From Candidatus Saccharimonadota bacterium (lineage in GTDB: Bacteria > Pseudomonadota > Gammaproteobacteria > Enterobacterales > Enterobacteriaceae): a stretch of 32,000 nucleotides of DNA. Under the pieces are notes generated by a model. It saw only the letters and a program-made list of their open reading frames with translations, was not told the origin of the DNA and searched no databases. Made by a program: the position numbers and the translations under genes. Within the stretch, counting starts at the first letter, position 1. Every line of letters starts with the position of its first letter. Shown in pieces: positions 23,460 through 32,000 of this stretch. The stretch spans positions 90,001-122,000 of the forward strand of contig NZ_CP046226.1 of the NCBI RefSeq assembly GCF_012562765.1. Direction: 5' to 3'.

Positions 23460-24285
23460 AACATGGTTATATTATGCTAATAATATTTTAAAAAAAAATA
23501 AAATAGATTTTTTTAAATTAGAATCTGAAATATTATTATCTTTTGTTATTAAAAAATCTAAATTTTGGATTTATGAATTTTATGAAAAAAACTTAAATAA
23601 TATACAATTAAAAAAATTAATGCATCTTTTAAATAGAAGAATTTATGGTGAACCAATTGCTTATATATTAGGATATTGTGAATTTTGGTCATTAAAAATA
23701 CATGTTTCACCATTAACTTTTATACCTAGATCAGATACTGAAATTTTAGTAGAACATACATTAAAAAAAATTACATTTAATACAAAAAATGTATTAGATT
23801 TAGGAACAGGAACTGGAGCTATAGCTTTGGCTATAGCTAGTGAGTATAATAAATTAAATATTATTGGAATAGATATTATTCCAGAATTAATTAATATTGC
23901 AAAAAATAATGCAAATAAATTATCAATTTATAATGTTACTTTTATACAAAGTAATTGGTTCAGTAATTTAAATAATAAAAAATTTGATATTATTGTAAGT
24001 AATCCTCCTTATATTGAATATAAAGATTATTTTTATTTAGAAAAAAGTATAAAATTTGAACCAATATCATCTTTAATTGCAGAAGATAATGGATTGTCTA
24101 ATTTTAATTCTATTATTTTACAATCTATAAAATATTTAAATCATTTTGGATGGATAATTTTAGAACATTCATTTAATCAATCTAAACAAGTTATAAAAAT
24201 ATTAAAAGAAAAAAAATTTAAAAATATAAAAACTTGTTTAGATTATAATGGAAATGAAAGAATAACTTATGGACAAAAAATTTAA
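23449..24285 (+). CDS. prmC: Release factor glutamine N5-methyltransferase
   Basis: 278 aa with the SAM motif [11 protein letters not shown] and catalytic NPPY (VSNPPYI). It overlaps the prfA 3' end by 11 nt. Confidence 0.9.
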   Translation: MKIKTWLYYANNILKKNKIDFFKLESEILLSFVIKKSKFWIYEFYEKNLNNIQLKKLMHLLNRRIYGEPIAYILGYCEFWSLKIHVSPLTFIPRSDTEILVEHTLKKITFNTKNVLDLGTGTGAIALAIASEYNKLNIIGIDIIPELINIAKNNANKLSIYNVTFIQSNWFSNLNNKKFDIIVSNPPYIEYKDYFYLEKSIKFEPISSLIAEDNGLSNFNSIILQSIKYLNHFGWIILEHSFNQSKQVIKILKEKKFKNIKTCLDYNGNERITYGQKI

Positions 24286-24485
24286 TTTTAATTTTTATCT
24301 TTTAATAATTTTATTATTATATAAAGAACATATTATTAATAATAATTATTAGTAATGAATATTAAATATATAGATAATTTTATTTAATTTATAAATTTAT
24401 AATATATAATTTAATATAATATATATTATATAAATTAATTATTTTAAATCTTATAAAATTACATTAATTAACATAAAAGAAAAAA

Positions 24486-25778
24486 ATGCAACAAAATAAT
24501 AATTCATCTAATTTAAATAATAAAAAATATAAAAAAGAAATAAAATTATTTAATAAAAACAAGTTATTAGCAATTGACCATAGAATTTTTGGGAAAAAAC
24601 TTAATTTATATCATTTCCAAAATGAATCACCAGGAATGGTTTTTTGGCATAATAATGGTTATATTATTTTTCATGAATTAGAAAAATTTTTACGTTTAAA
24701 ACTTCAAAAATATAATTATCAAGAAGTTAAAACACCATTAATAACAGATAGTATCATTTGGAAAAATACAGGACATTGGAAAATTTATAAACATGCAATG
24801 TTTAGTACATTTTCAGAAAATAGAGATTATTGTGTTAAACCTATGAATTGTCCTGGACATATACAAATTTTTCAACAAGGATTAAAATCATATAAAGATT
24901 TACCCTTAAGAATAGCAGAATTTGGTATTTGTCATAGAAATGAACCATCTGGTTCTTTACATGGTTTAATGAGATTACGTAGTTTTACTCAAGATGATGC
25001 TCATATATTTTGTACACAAGAACAAGTTGCAATAGAAATTGAAAATTGTATTAATATGATGTATGAAATTTATCAAATTTTTGGTTTTAAAAAATTTTTA
25101 GTAAAATTATCTACAAGACCTATCAATCGTATTGGAAATGATGATATTTGGGATAAAACTGAAAAAGATTTAACTATGGTTTTAAAAAAATTAAATATTA
25201 TTTTTAATTACCAAATTGGTGAAGGAGCTTTTTATGGACCAAAAATAGAATTTTCTTTTTTTGATTGTTTAAATCGTGAGTGGCAGTGTGGTACAATACA
25301 ATTAGATTTTACATTACCAAATTGTTTAAATTTATTTTATATTGATTCTAAAAATAAACATAAAACACCTGTAATAATTCATCGTGCTATTTTAGGTTCT
25401 ATAGAAAGATTTATTGGTATTCTTCTAGAAGAATATTCTGGTTATCTTCCTATTTGGTTAGCTCCATTACAAATTATTATAATTAATATAAACCATAATC
25501 ATATTCATTATGCTATGAATTTATTAGAAATAATAAAAAAAAATAATATTCGTGTTAAAGTAGATTTAAAAAATGAAAAAATATCTTTTAAAATTAGACA
25601 ATATACTATACAACATATACCTTATATTTTAATATGTGGGGATAAAGAAATAGAAAATAATACGGTATCAATTCGTAATTGTTTCGGTAAAGATTTGGGA
25701 ATTATGAATATTCATGATATTATTAAGAAAGTAAAGAAAGAAATTAATAATTATGATATTCATCAATTGGAGGAATAG
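24486..25778 (+). CDS. thrS: Threonyl-tRNA synthetase, catalytic plus anticodon-binding core only (N-terminal TGS and editing domains absent)
   Basis: 430 aa. Homology begins at [29 protein letters not shown] (E. coli [29 protein letters not shown], about residue 240 of 642 as I recall) and runs colinearly to the C-terminal QLEE. Class II motifs are present: [34 protein letters not shown] and [16 protein letters not shown]. An in-frame TAA lies at 24474-24476. Confidence 0.9.
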   Translation: [430 protein letters not shown]

Positions 25779-25784
25779 GATATT
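25769..25784 (+). promoter_or_regulatory. Shine-Dalgarno GGAGGAA plus ATT initiation codon of infC
   Basis: GGAGGAA at 25769-25775 lies inside the thrS 3' end. The thrS TAG is at 25776-25778, and ATT at 25782-25784 opens the IF3 reading frame. Confidence 0.65.
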
Positions 25785-26321
25785 AAAAGTGGAAAAAAAA
25801 TAATACAACTAAGACCTAATAAAATAAATGAAAATATTAAAACTAATACAATTAGATTAATAGGTTTTAAAGGTGAACAAATTGGTATTGTTAATTTAAA
25901 AACTGCATTAATAAAAGCAAAAGAAATTGGATTAGATTTAGTAGAAATTAGTCCAAATGCAGATCCACCTGTATGTCGTATAATGAATTATGGTAAATTT
26001 TTGTACGCAAAAAATAAAGCATCAAGAAAACAAAAGAAAAAACAAAAAATTATTCAATTAAAAGAAATTAAATTTAGACCAGGTACAGATGAAGGAGATT
26101 ATCAAGTTAAATTACGTAATTTAATTCGTTTTTTACAAAAAGGAGATAAAATAAAAGTAACTCTTAGATTTAGAGGTAGAGAAATGGTACATATACAAAT
26201 TGGTTTTGATATGTTAAACAGAATAAAAAATGATTTGAATTATTTATCTTTAGTTGAATATTTTCCTAAAAAAATTGAAGGACGTCAAATGATAATGATA
26301 TTATCACCTAAAAAAAAATAA
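25782..26321 (+). CDS. infC: Translation initiation factor IF-3 (ATT start)
   Basis: The frame is open from 25779. From ATT at 25782 the translation [39 protein letters not shown]...[20 protein letters not shown] matches the E. coli IF3 N-domain ([36 protein letters not shown]...SPNAEPPVCRIMDYGKFLY). The ORF track starts only at the internal Met (25983) and so misses 67 codons. Confidence 0.9.
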   Translation: MKSGKKIIQLRPNKINENIKTNTIRLIGFKGEQIGIVNLKTALIKAKEIGLDLVEISPNADPPVCRIMNYGKFLYAKNKASRKQKKKQKIIQLKEIKFRPGTDEGDYQVKLRNLIRFLQKGDKIKVTLRFRGREMVHIQIGFDMLNRIKNDLNYLSLVEYFPKKIEGRQMIMILSPKKK

Positions 26322-26404
26322 CTATAAAAATTTATTAATAAAAATTATATTATAAAAGAATATTATTCTTTTTCTTTTAAAATAATTTTCGGATTATAAT
26401 AATT

Positions 26405-26602
26405 ATGTTAAAACTTAAAACTTTACGTAGTGCTGCAAAACGTTTTAAAAAAACTAGTTCTGGAAAATTTAAACATAAACAAGCTAATTTGAGACATTTA
26501 TTAACGAAGAAAAAAACTAAACAAAAACGTTTATTAAGGAAAAAAAAATTAGTTTTTAAAGGAGATTCACATTCGTTAAAATCTTGTTTACCATATTTAT
26601 AA
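26405..26602 (+). CDS. rpmI: 50S ribosomal protein L35
   Basis: 65 aa. [32 protein letters not shown] matches E. coli L35, and the gene sits in the infC-rpmI-rplT order. Confidence 0.93.
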   Translation: MLKLKTLRSAAKRFKKTSSGKFKHKQANLRHLLTKKKTKQKRLLRKKKLVFKGDSHSLKSCLPYL

Positions 26603-26649
26603 GAAAATTTATAAAAATATAATTTTAAAAAATAGGAGATTTTAATTAC

Positions 26650-27000
26650 ATGACTAGAATTAAACGAGGTGTAATTTCTCATATTAGACATAAAAAAATT
26701 CTTAAAGAAGCTAAAGGATATTATGGATCAAGATCTAGAACATATAGATCTGCATTTCAAGCCGTAATAAAAGCAGGACAGTATTCTTACCGTGATAGAC
26801 GTCAACGTAAAAGAAAATTTCGTCAATTATGGATTACTAGAATTAATGCTGCTGCTCGTCAAGAAAATATTTCTTATAGCTCTTTAATAAATAAATTTAA
26901 AAAATCTAATATTAATATTAATAGAAAAATTCTTTCTGAATTAACTATTTTTGATAAACAATCATTTACTAAATTAATAAATTTTATAAAAATTAATTAA
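26650..27000 (+). CDS. rplT: 50S ribosomal protein L20
   Basis: 116 aa. [30 protein letters not shown]...[30 protein letters not shown] is near-identical to E. coli L20. TAGGAGA Shine-Dalgarno upstream. Confidence 0.96.
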   Translation: MTRIKRGVISHIRHKKILKEAKGYYGSRSRTYRSAFQAVIKAGQYSYRDRRQRKRKFRQLWITRINAAARQENISYSSLINKFKKSNININRKILSELTIFDKQSFTKLINFIKIN

Positions 27001-27076
27001 TTATAATATTTTTATTTTATATAAAACATAATTTTTAATTTAAACATATATTAATTATTAATGAGAATATCTAAAA

Positions 27077-28063
27077 ATGATATCTGATCATAATAAAATT
27101 ATATTACATGCTAAAAAAGAAATTAATTTAATTAATAATATTAAAGAATTGAATATTTTTAAAGTAAAATATTTAGGTAAAAAAGGATATATATCTTTAC
27201 AATTTTTACTTTTAAAAAAATTAACAACAAAAGATAAAATTAAAAAAAGTATAATTATTAATAATGTAAAAAAACAAATAAAAGAATTAATAAAAAAAAG
27301 AAAAAATGAATTAGAATATAATAATATAAAATTTAAACTTTTAAGTGAAAAAATTGATATTTCTCTTCCTGGTAGATCTACTAAGATAGGTTCTCAACAT
27401 CCTATAACAACTGTAATTAATGATATTGAAAAATTTTTTATAAAAATAGGATTTAAAATTACAGAAAGTCAAGAAATAGAAGATATTTTCCATAATTTTG
27501 ATGCATTAAATATATCAGAAAATCATCCTTCAAGAACAGAACAAGATACTTTTTGGTTAAATAAAAAAATTTTATTACGTACTCAAACTTCTAATATACA
27601 AATTAGAATTATGAAAATTTTAAATCCTCCTATAAGAATATTAACTTCAGGAAAAGTATATCGTAATGATTATGATAAAAAACATACTCCTATGTTTCAT
27701 CAAATAGAAGGGTTATTAATAGATAATAATCTTAATTTTCTAGAATTAAAAGGAATATTATCTTTATTTTTAAAATCATTTTTTAATAAAAAATTAAAAA
27801 TTAGATTTAGACCATCTTATTTTCCATTTACAGAACCTTCTTTAGAAATAGATATTTTAGGAAAAAATAACAAATGGATTGAAGTATTAGGAGCAGGTAT
27901 AGTACATCCTAATGTATTACGTAATGTTAATCCTAATTTATTAAAATATTCTGGTTTAGCTTTTGGTATTGGAGTAGAACGTTTAGCTATGTTACGTTAT
28001 AATATTCATGATATTCGTTTATTTTTTGAAAATGATATACGTTTCCTTAAACAATTTAAATAA
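27077..28063 (+). CDS. pheS: Phenylalanyl-tRNA synthetase alpha subunit
   Basis: 328 aa with HPITTVINDIEKFF, FDALNISENHPSR, LLRTQTS, VYRNDYDKKHTPMFHQIEG, FRPSYFPFTEPS and C-terminal FENDIRFLKQFK, all matching E. coli PheS. Confidence 0.96.
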   Translation: MISDHNKIILHAKKEINLINNIKELNIFKVKYLGKKGYISLQFLLLKKLTTKDKIKKSIIINNVKKQIKELIKKRKNELEYNNIKFKLLSEKIDISLPGRSTKIGSQHPITTVINDIEKFFIKIGFKITESQEIEDIFHNFDALNISENHPSRTEQDTFWLNKKILLRTQTSNIQIRIMKILNPPIRILTSGKVYRNDYDKKHTPMFHQIEGLLIDNNLNFLELKGILSLFLKSFFNKKLKIRFRPSYFPFTEPSLEIDILGKNNKWIEVLGAGIVHPNVLRNVNPNLLKYSGLAFGIGVERLAMLRYNIHDIRLFFENDIRFLKQFK

Positions 28064-28067
28064 AAAC

Positions 28068-30566
28068 ATGATTAAATTAAGTGAATTATGGTTAAATGAA
28101 TGGATTACTTATAATAATATTGAAATATTATCCGAACAATTAACAATGTTAGGATTAGAAGTAGAAAAAATTGAACCAATTTGTAAAAAAAAAATAGATA
28201 ATATATTTATAGGACAAATTGTTAATTGTGAATTTAATAAAGATAAAAATATTTATAACTTAACAATAGATATTGGAAGTAATAAATTATATAAAGTACA
28301 ATCTAATGCAGTTAATTGTAAAAATAAAATAAAAATAATCTTTGCAACTATAAATTCATTTTTATATAAAAAATATGTAAATAATCAAAAATTTAATTTT
28401 TTATTACAATCAGAAGGATTATTATGTTCTAAAAAAATATTAGGATTTGAAAATAATTTATATGAAAAAGATAAAAATTATATAATTGAATTAAATAATG
28501 ATATTGAAATAGGACAAGATGCTTTTAAATATTTAGAATTAAATGATAATATTTTACATATCAATATACCATATAATCGTTCTGATTGTTATAGTATTAT
28601 GGGTATAGCAAGAGATTTATCCACTAAAAAAAAAGAAAATAATTATTTATTTAAATTTCCTTATAAATTTTCTTTTACCCCAAAAAAACAAAATAATAAA
28701 ATTAATGTTTCTATAAATAAAAATGCTAATAAATATAATTTAAATTATTTTTTTTGTATTATTAATGATATTAATTTACAAAATAAAATACCATTTTTAA
28801 TGAAAGAAAGATTACAAAAATCTGGAATATTAATATCAGATAGTAATCCTTTATTAAGTATTAGTAATTATATATTCCTAGAATTAGGATATCCAGTATA
28901 TTTTTATGATCTTAATAAAATTAAAGGTAATATATGTATAAAAGAATATGAAAATATTAGTAATTATTTTTTAATTGATGAAAATAATAAAAAAATTTCT
29001 TTATTAAAAAATACTTTAATTTTAGAAGATGAAGAAAAAATATTATCTATTCCAAGTTTAGTACAAAATAAAGAAATTATTATTAATATGAATACAAAAA
29101 ATATTTTATTAGAATGTTTTTTTTTAGATCCTGACATAATAAAAAAATTATCTAATAAATATAAATTATTTAATTCATTTTTATATCTTTATGAAAGAGG
29201 ACTAGATCCATTAATACAAAAAAAAATAATTATTCGAGCTATAAATTTAATTTTAAAAATATTTGGAGGTCAAAGTAGTAATATTAAAGTTATTAATACG
29301 CAAAATTATATTAGTAATTATTCAATTTTAAAAAAAATTAAATTATATTTTATAAAAATTGAACAAGTATTAGGTTTTTTTATAAAAATAAATAAAATAA
29401 TTGATATAATTAATAAATTAGGATTTAAAATTATATTTAAAACAAATAATTATTGTATTATTCAAATACCTAGTTGGCGATATGATATAAAAATTGAAGC
29501 TGATATAATAGAAGAAATTATACGTATATATGGTTATAATAATATTCCTGAAAATCATATTAAAATAAATTTAATTGAAACAAATATTAATCAAAATCTT
29601 ATTTTAAATAAAAATAATTTACTTTCTAAATTTAATAATATTCAAAAAATAAAAAATATTTTAATTAATAAAAAGTATAATGAAGTTATTAACTATAGTT
29701 TTATCAATCCTAAAATACAATCTTTAATGTTTCCTAAAGAAAAATTCATTAAATTATATAATCCTATTTCAATAGAAATGTCTGTTATGCGTACTTCTCT
29801 ATTATGTGGATTAATAAATAATATAATTTACAATCAAAATAGACAACAAAAGTCTTTACGTTTTTTTGAAAATGGATTATGTTTTAAAATAGATAAAAAT
29901 AGAGAATTTGGAATATCTCAAAAATTAATGTTAGGTGGAATAATAAACGGAAAATTAAATGAAGAACATTGGTCTTTATCTAATAAAAATGTAGATTTTT
30001 ATGATTTAAAAGGAGATATAGAATGTATATTTAATTTTTTAGGTAAAACAGATCAAATAGAATTTAGGTCTATATCAGAAATAAATGTTTTTCATCCACA
30101 TCAAAGTTCATCTATATATTTAGATAATATTTTTATTGGATATGTTGGTGTAATACATCCTTATATTCAATCATATTTAGGTATTAATGAAAATACTATT
30201 TTATTTGAATTAGAATGTGAAAAAATTTTAAATACTACAGAAATAAAAATTAAAAAAATATCAAAATTACCATTAAATCGTAGAGATATTTCTTTTATAA
30301 TTAAAGAACATATTCCTTTTATAAACATTATAGAAGAATGTAAAAATACTAAAATAAAACAAATTATTGATATAAATTTATTTGATGTTTATCAAGGAAT
30401 AAATATTCCTAAAGGATATAAAAGTTTTACAATAAGTTTTATTATACAAGATATTACTCATACATTACATGATAATGAAATTAATAATATTGTACAATTG
30501 TGTATAAATAAATTGAAAATAAAATTTCAAATTATATTAAGAGATGAAAAATATGACTTTAACTAA
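28068..30566 (+). CDS. pheT: Phenylalanyl-tRNA synthetase beta subunit
   Basis: The start is ATG at 28068 (MIKLSELWLNEWI vs E. coli MKFSELWLREWV), 4 nt after the pheS stop. The ORF-track start at 28008 lies inside pheS. 832 aa, colinear with E. coli PheT (IPSWRYDIKIEADIIEEIIRIYGYNNIP, YNQNRQQ, VDFYDLKGD, FDVYQG). Confidence 0.93.
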   Translation: MIKLSELWLNEWITYNNIEILSEQLTMLGLEVEKIEPICKKKIDNIFIGQIVNCEFNKDKNIYNLTIDIGSNKLYKVQSNAVNCKNKIKIIFATINSFLYKKYVNNQKFNFLLQSEGLLCSKKILGFENNLYEKDKNYIIELNNDIEIGQDAFKYLELNDNILHINIPYNRSDCYSIMGIARDLSTKKKENNYLFKFPYKFSFTPKKQNNKINVSINKNANKYNLNYFFCIINDINLQNKIPFLMKERLQKSGILISDSNPLLSISNYIFLELGYPVYFYDLNKIKGNICIKEYENISNYFLIDENNKKISLLKNTLILEDEEKILSIPSLVQNKEIIINMNTKNILLECFFLDPDIIKKLSNKYKLFNSFLYLYERGLDPLIQKKIIIRAINLILKIFGGQSSNIKVINTQNYISNYSILKKIKLYFIKIEQVLGFFIKINKIIDIINKLGFKIIFKTNNYCIIQIPSWRYDIKIEADIIEEIIRIYGYNNIPENHIKINLIETNINQNLILNKNNLLSKFNNIQKIKNILINKKYNEVINYSFINPKIQSLMFPKEKFIKLYNPISIEMSVMRTSLLCGLINNIIYNQNRQQKSLRFFENGLCFKIDKNREFGISQKLMLGGIINGKLNEEHWSLSNKNVDFYDLKGDIECIFNFLGKTDQIEFRSISEINVFHPHQSSSIYLDNIFIGYVGVIHPYIQSYLGINENTILFELECEKILNTTEIKIKKISKLPLNRRDISFIIKEHIPFINIIEECKNTKIKQIIDINLFDVYQGINIPKGYKSFTISFIIQDITHTLHDNEINNIVQLCINKLKIKFQIILRDEKYDFN

Positions 30567-30849
30567 AAAAGAAATTTCTGAATATTTAGTTAAAACATTT
30601 AAAATATATAAAAAAGATGCAGTATATTTAGTATCTTTATTTTTCGAAGAATTAAAAAAAACCTTATTAAAAGGAGAATCAGTAAAATTATCAGGATTTG
30701 GTAAATTTGAAATACGTAATAAAAATCCTAGACCAGGAAGAAATCCAAAAACAGGAGAGTTTATACTTATAAATGCTAGAAAAGTAATAATTTTTAAAGC
30801 ATATCGAAAAATAAAAGAAAGTATATATAATATTAAATTAAATATATAA
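30553..30849 (+). CDS. ihfA: Integration host factor alpha subunit
   Basis: [12 protein letters not shown]...[26 protein letters not shown] matches E. coli IhfA (MALTKAEMSEYL...[22 protein letters not shown]). The ATG at 30553 has AAGAGA 9 nt upstream. The gene overlaps the pheT 3' end by 14 nt. Confidence 0.88.
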   Translation: [98 protein letters not shown]

Positions 30850-30854
30850 AAAAA

Positions 30855-30889
30855 TTTTCATATAAATATTATTAATATTTATATGAAAA
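30855..30889. repeat. 16-bp perfect inverted repeat (hairpin) between ihfA and ribC; possible terminator
   Basis: ttttcatataaatatt (30855-30870) pairs with aatatttatatgaaaa (30874-30889) across a 3-nt loop, starting 6 nt after the ihfA stop. The stem is almost pure A:T (one G:C pair), and no clear U-tract follows on the + strand. Confidence 0.4.
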
Positions 30890-30913
30890 ATAAATATATT
30901 AAGGATAATATTC

Positions 30914-31519
30914 ATGTTTAGTGGAATTATTCAATGTATAGCAATAATAAAATTAGTAATTAAGAAAAAAAATTTTTTACATCTTATAATAAAAACACCT
31001 AATTTTTTTAATTATGATTTAAAAAGAGGTGATTCTATTGCAAATAATGGATGTTGTTTAACTATAAGTAAAATAAATAATAATTTATTATATTTTGATA
31101 TAATTAAAAATACACTAGATGTTACTACTTTTAAAGAAGTAAAAAAAGGAGATTATTTAAATATTGAAAAATCTTTAAAATTAATAGATTTTATAGGAGG
31201 ACATTTAGTTTCAGGACATATTACAGGTATTGCTAAAATTATTAAAATTAATAATTATGTTTATTCTAAAACAATATGGTTAAAACCATATTATAAATCT
31301 CAAATGAAATATATTATAAAAAAAGGTTTTATATGTATAGATGGTATTAGTTTAACAATAGATAAAATTCATATTAATCAATTTAGTATTAATCTTATTC
31401 CAGAAACTATTATAAAAACTTCATTATCTAATAAAAAAATTAATCAATATGTTAATATTGAAGTAGATTTATATACTAAAATATCTGTTTCTACTATAGA
31501 AAAATTATTCTATCAATAA
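30914..31519 (+). CDS. ribC: Riboflavin synthase (alpha chain)
   Basis: 201 aa. MFSGIIQ..., NGCCLT, GGHLVSGHI and GISLT...LIPET duplicated-barrel motifs match E. coli riboflavin synthase (called ribC, or ribE in some annotations). AAGGA lies 8 nt upstream. Confidence 0.9.
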   Translation: MFSGIIQCIAIIKLVIKKKNFLHLIIKTPNFFNYDLKRGDSIANNGCCLTISKINNNLLYFDIIKNTLDVTTFKEVKKGDYLNIEKSLKLIDFIGGHLVSGHITGIAKIIKINNYVYSKTIWLKPYYKSQMKYIIKKGFICIDGISLTIDKIHINQFSINLIPETIIKTSLSNKKINQYVNIEVDLYTKISVSTIEKLFYQ

Positions 31520-31559
31520 ATTATTTACTTAAATATTTAAATAAAAGAGATATAAATTA

Positions 31560-32000
31560 ATGATTATAAGTAAAAATAATAAAATAGATTTAATACAAAA
31601 ATTAGAATATCGTAATATTATTAATCAAATAACAGATAAAATTAATTTAAAAAATATTTTAATGCAAAAAAATATTAATTTATATTGTGGATTTGATCCT
31701 ACCGCTGATAGTTTACATATTGGTCATTTAATACCTTTAATTACATTAAGATATTTTCAAAAATTAGGGCACAAACCTATTGTTTTATTAGGTGGTGCAA
31801 CAGGACTAATAGGTGATCCTAGTTTTAAATTAAAAAAAAGAAAAATACAAACAATTCATTTTATAAATAAATGTATTAATAAAATTAGTTTACAATTAAA
31901 AAATTTTTTAGATTTTAACTGTGGATCTAATAGTGCAATTATAGTAAATAATTATGATTGGTTTAGTAAAATGAATATTTTATTTTTTTTAAAAGATATA
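31560..32000 (+). CDS. tyrS: Tyrosyl-tRNA synthetase, N-terminal part (3' end lies outside the window)
   Basis: ATG at 31560. The translation ...LYCGFDPTADSLHIGHLIPLITLRYFQKLGHKPIVLLGGATGLIGDPSFK matches E. coli TyrRS, including the HIGH motif. The frame stays open to the window end. This ORF is not in the track because no stop is reached. Confidence 0.9.
   Translation, partial: MIISKNNKIDLIQKLEYRNIINQITDKINLKNILMQKNINLYCGFDPTADSLHIGHLIPLITLRYFQKLGHKPIVLLGGATGLIGDPSFKLKKRKIQTIHFINKCINKISLQLKNFLDFNCGSNSAIIVNNYDWFSKMNILFFLKDI

Noticed and set aside
24390-24440. Imperfect A+T-only palindrome upstream of thrS (aatttataatatata ... tatatattatataaatt), considered as a replacement for the E. coli thrS translational operator
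   Set aside because: It is composed only of A and T, has a bulge, and bears no resemblance to the tRNA-Thr anticodon-arm mimic of the E. coli operator. Palindromes of this size arise readily by chance in pure A+T sequence.
26377-26691. 104-aa ORF on the - strand covering the rpmI region, plus similar antisense ORFs at 1379-1561 (-), 8879-9094 (+) and 9416-9661 (+)
   Set aside because: Each lies entirely opposite a strongly supported conserved gene (rpmI/rplT, acpP, gapA). Their translations are low-complexity and hydrophobic (F/I/L/K-rich) with no recognisable motif. Long shadow ORFs are expected by chance in A+T-rich DNA opposite real genes.
27061-27087. Eight-codon mini-ORF (MRISKNDI) overlapping the pheS start, considered as a pheM-like attenuator leader
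   Set aside because: It contains no Phe codons at all, whereas the E. coli pheM leader is Phe-rich. No terminator/antiterminator pairing is evident in the 76-nt rplT-pheS spacer. It is most likely a chance ATG in A+T-rich sequence, and the classical pheST attenuator appears to be lost.

Overview
This window is extremely A+T-rich (roughly four-fifths A+T by eye) and tightly packed. It looks like part of a reduced genome of an Enterobacterales-derived obligate insect endosymbiont (Buchnera-like), though I cannot confirm the taxon without a database search. I can assign all 32 coding regions, two of them cut by the window edges, to well-known housekeeping orthologues by direct similarity to E. 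coli proteins as I recall them. They are, in order: fabD-fabG-acpP-fabF, tmk-holB, ptsG, hinT (+ strand); cvrA, gapA, sppA, xthA, a complete trpEGDC(F)BA operon, ychF, pth, prs (- strand); prfA-prmC, thrS-infC-rpmI-rplT-pheS-pheT-ihfA, ribC, tyrS (+ strand). The genetic code is standard: TGG encodes Trp and TGA is used as a stop, for example at the end of fabD. I see no rRNA, tRNA, CRISPR array, mobile element, toxin or defence-like gene, and no unassigned ORF large enough to hide a new protein. I therefore do not find a novel multi-gene system here and will not invent one. Four points deserve a second look. (1) thrS encodes a ThrRS that lacks the whole N-terminal TGS and editing region. (2) The editing-site motifs of PheRS beta look eroded, so together with (1) this suggests relaxed translational proofreading. 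(3) The trp operon is chromosomal and contiguous, with unfused trpG and trpD and no Trp-codon leader. (4) infC keeps an ATT start that the ORF track missed. Several ORF-track starts were corrected (acpP, prs, pheT, ihfA, infC), and non-ATG starts were noted (cvrA TTG, pth TTG, ychF GTG, infC ATT).
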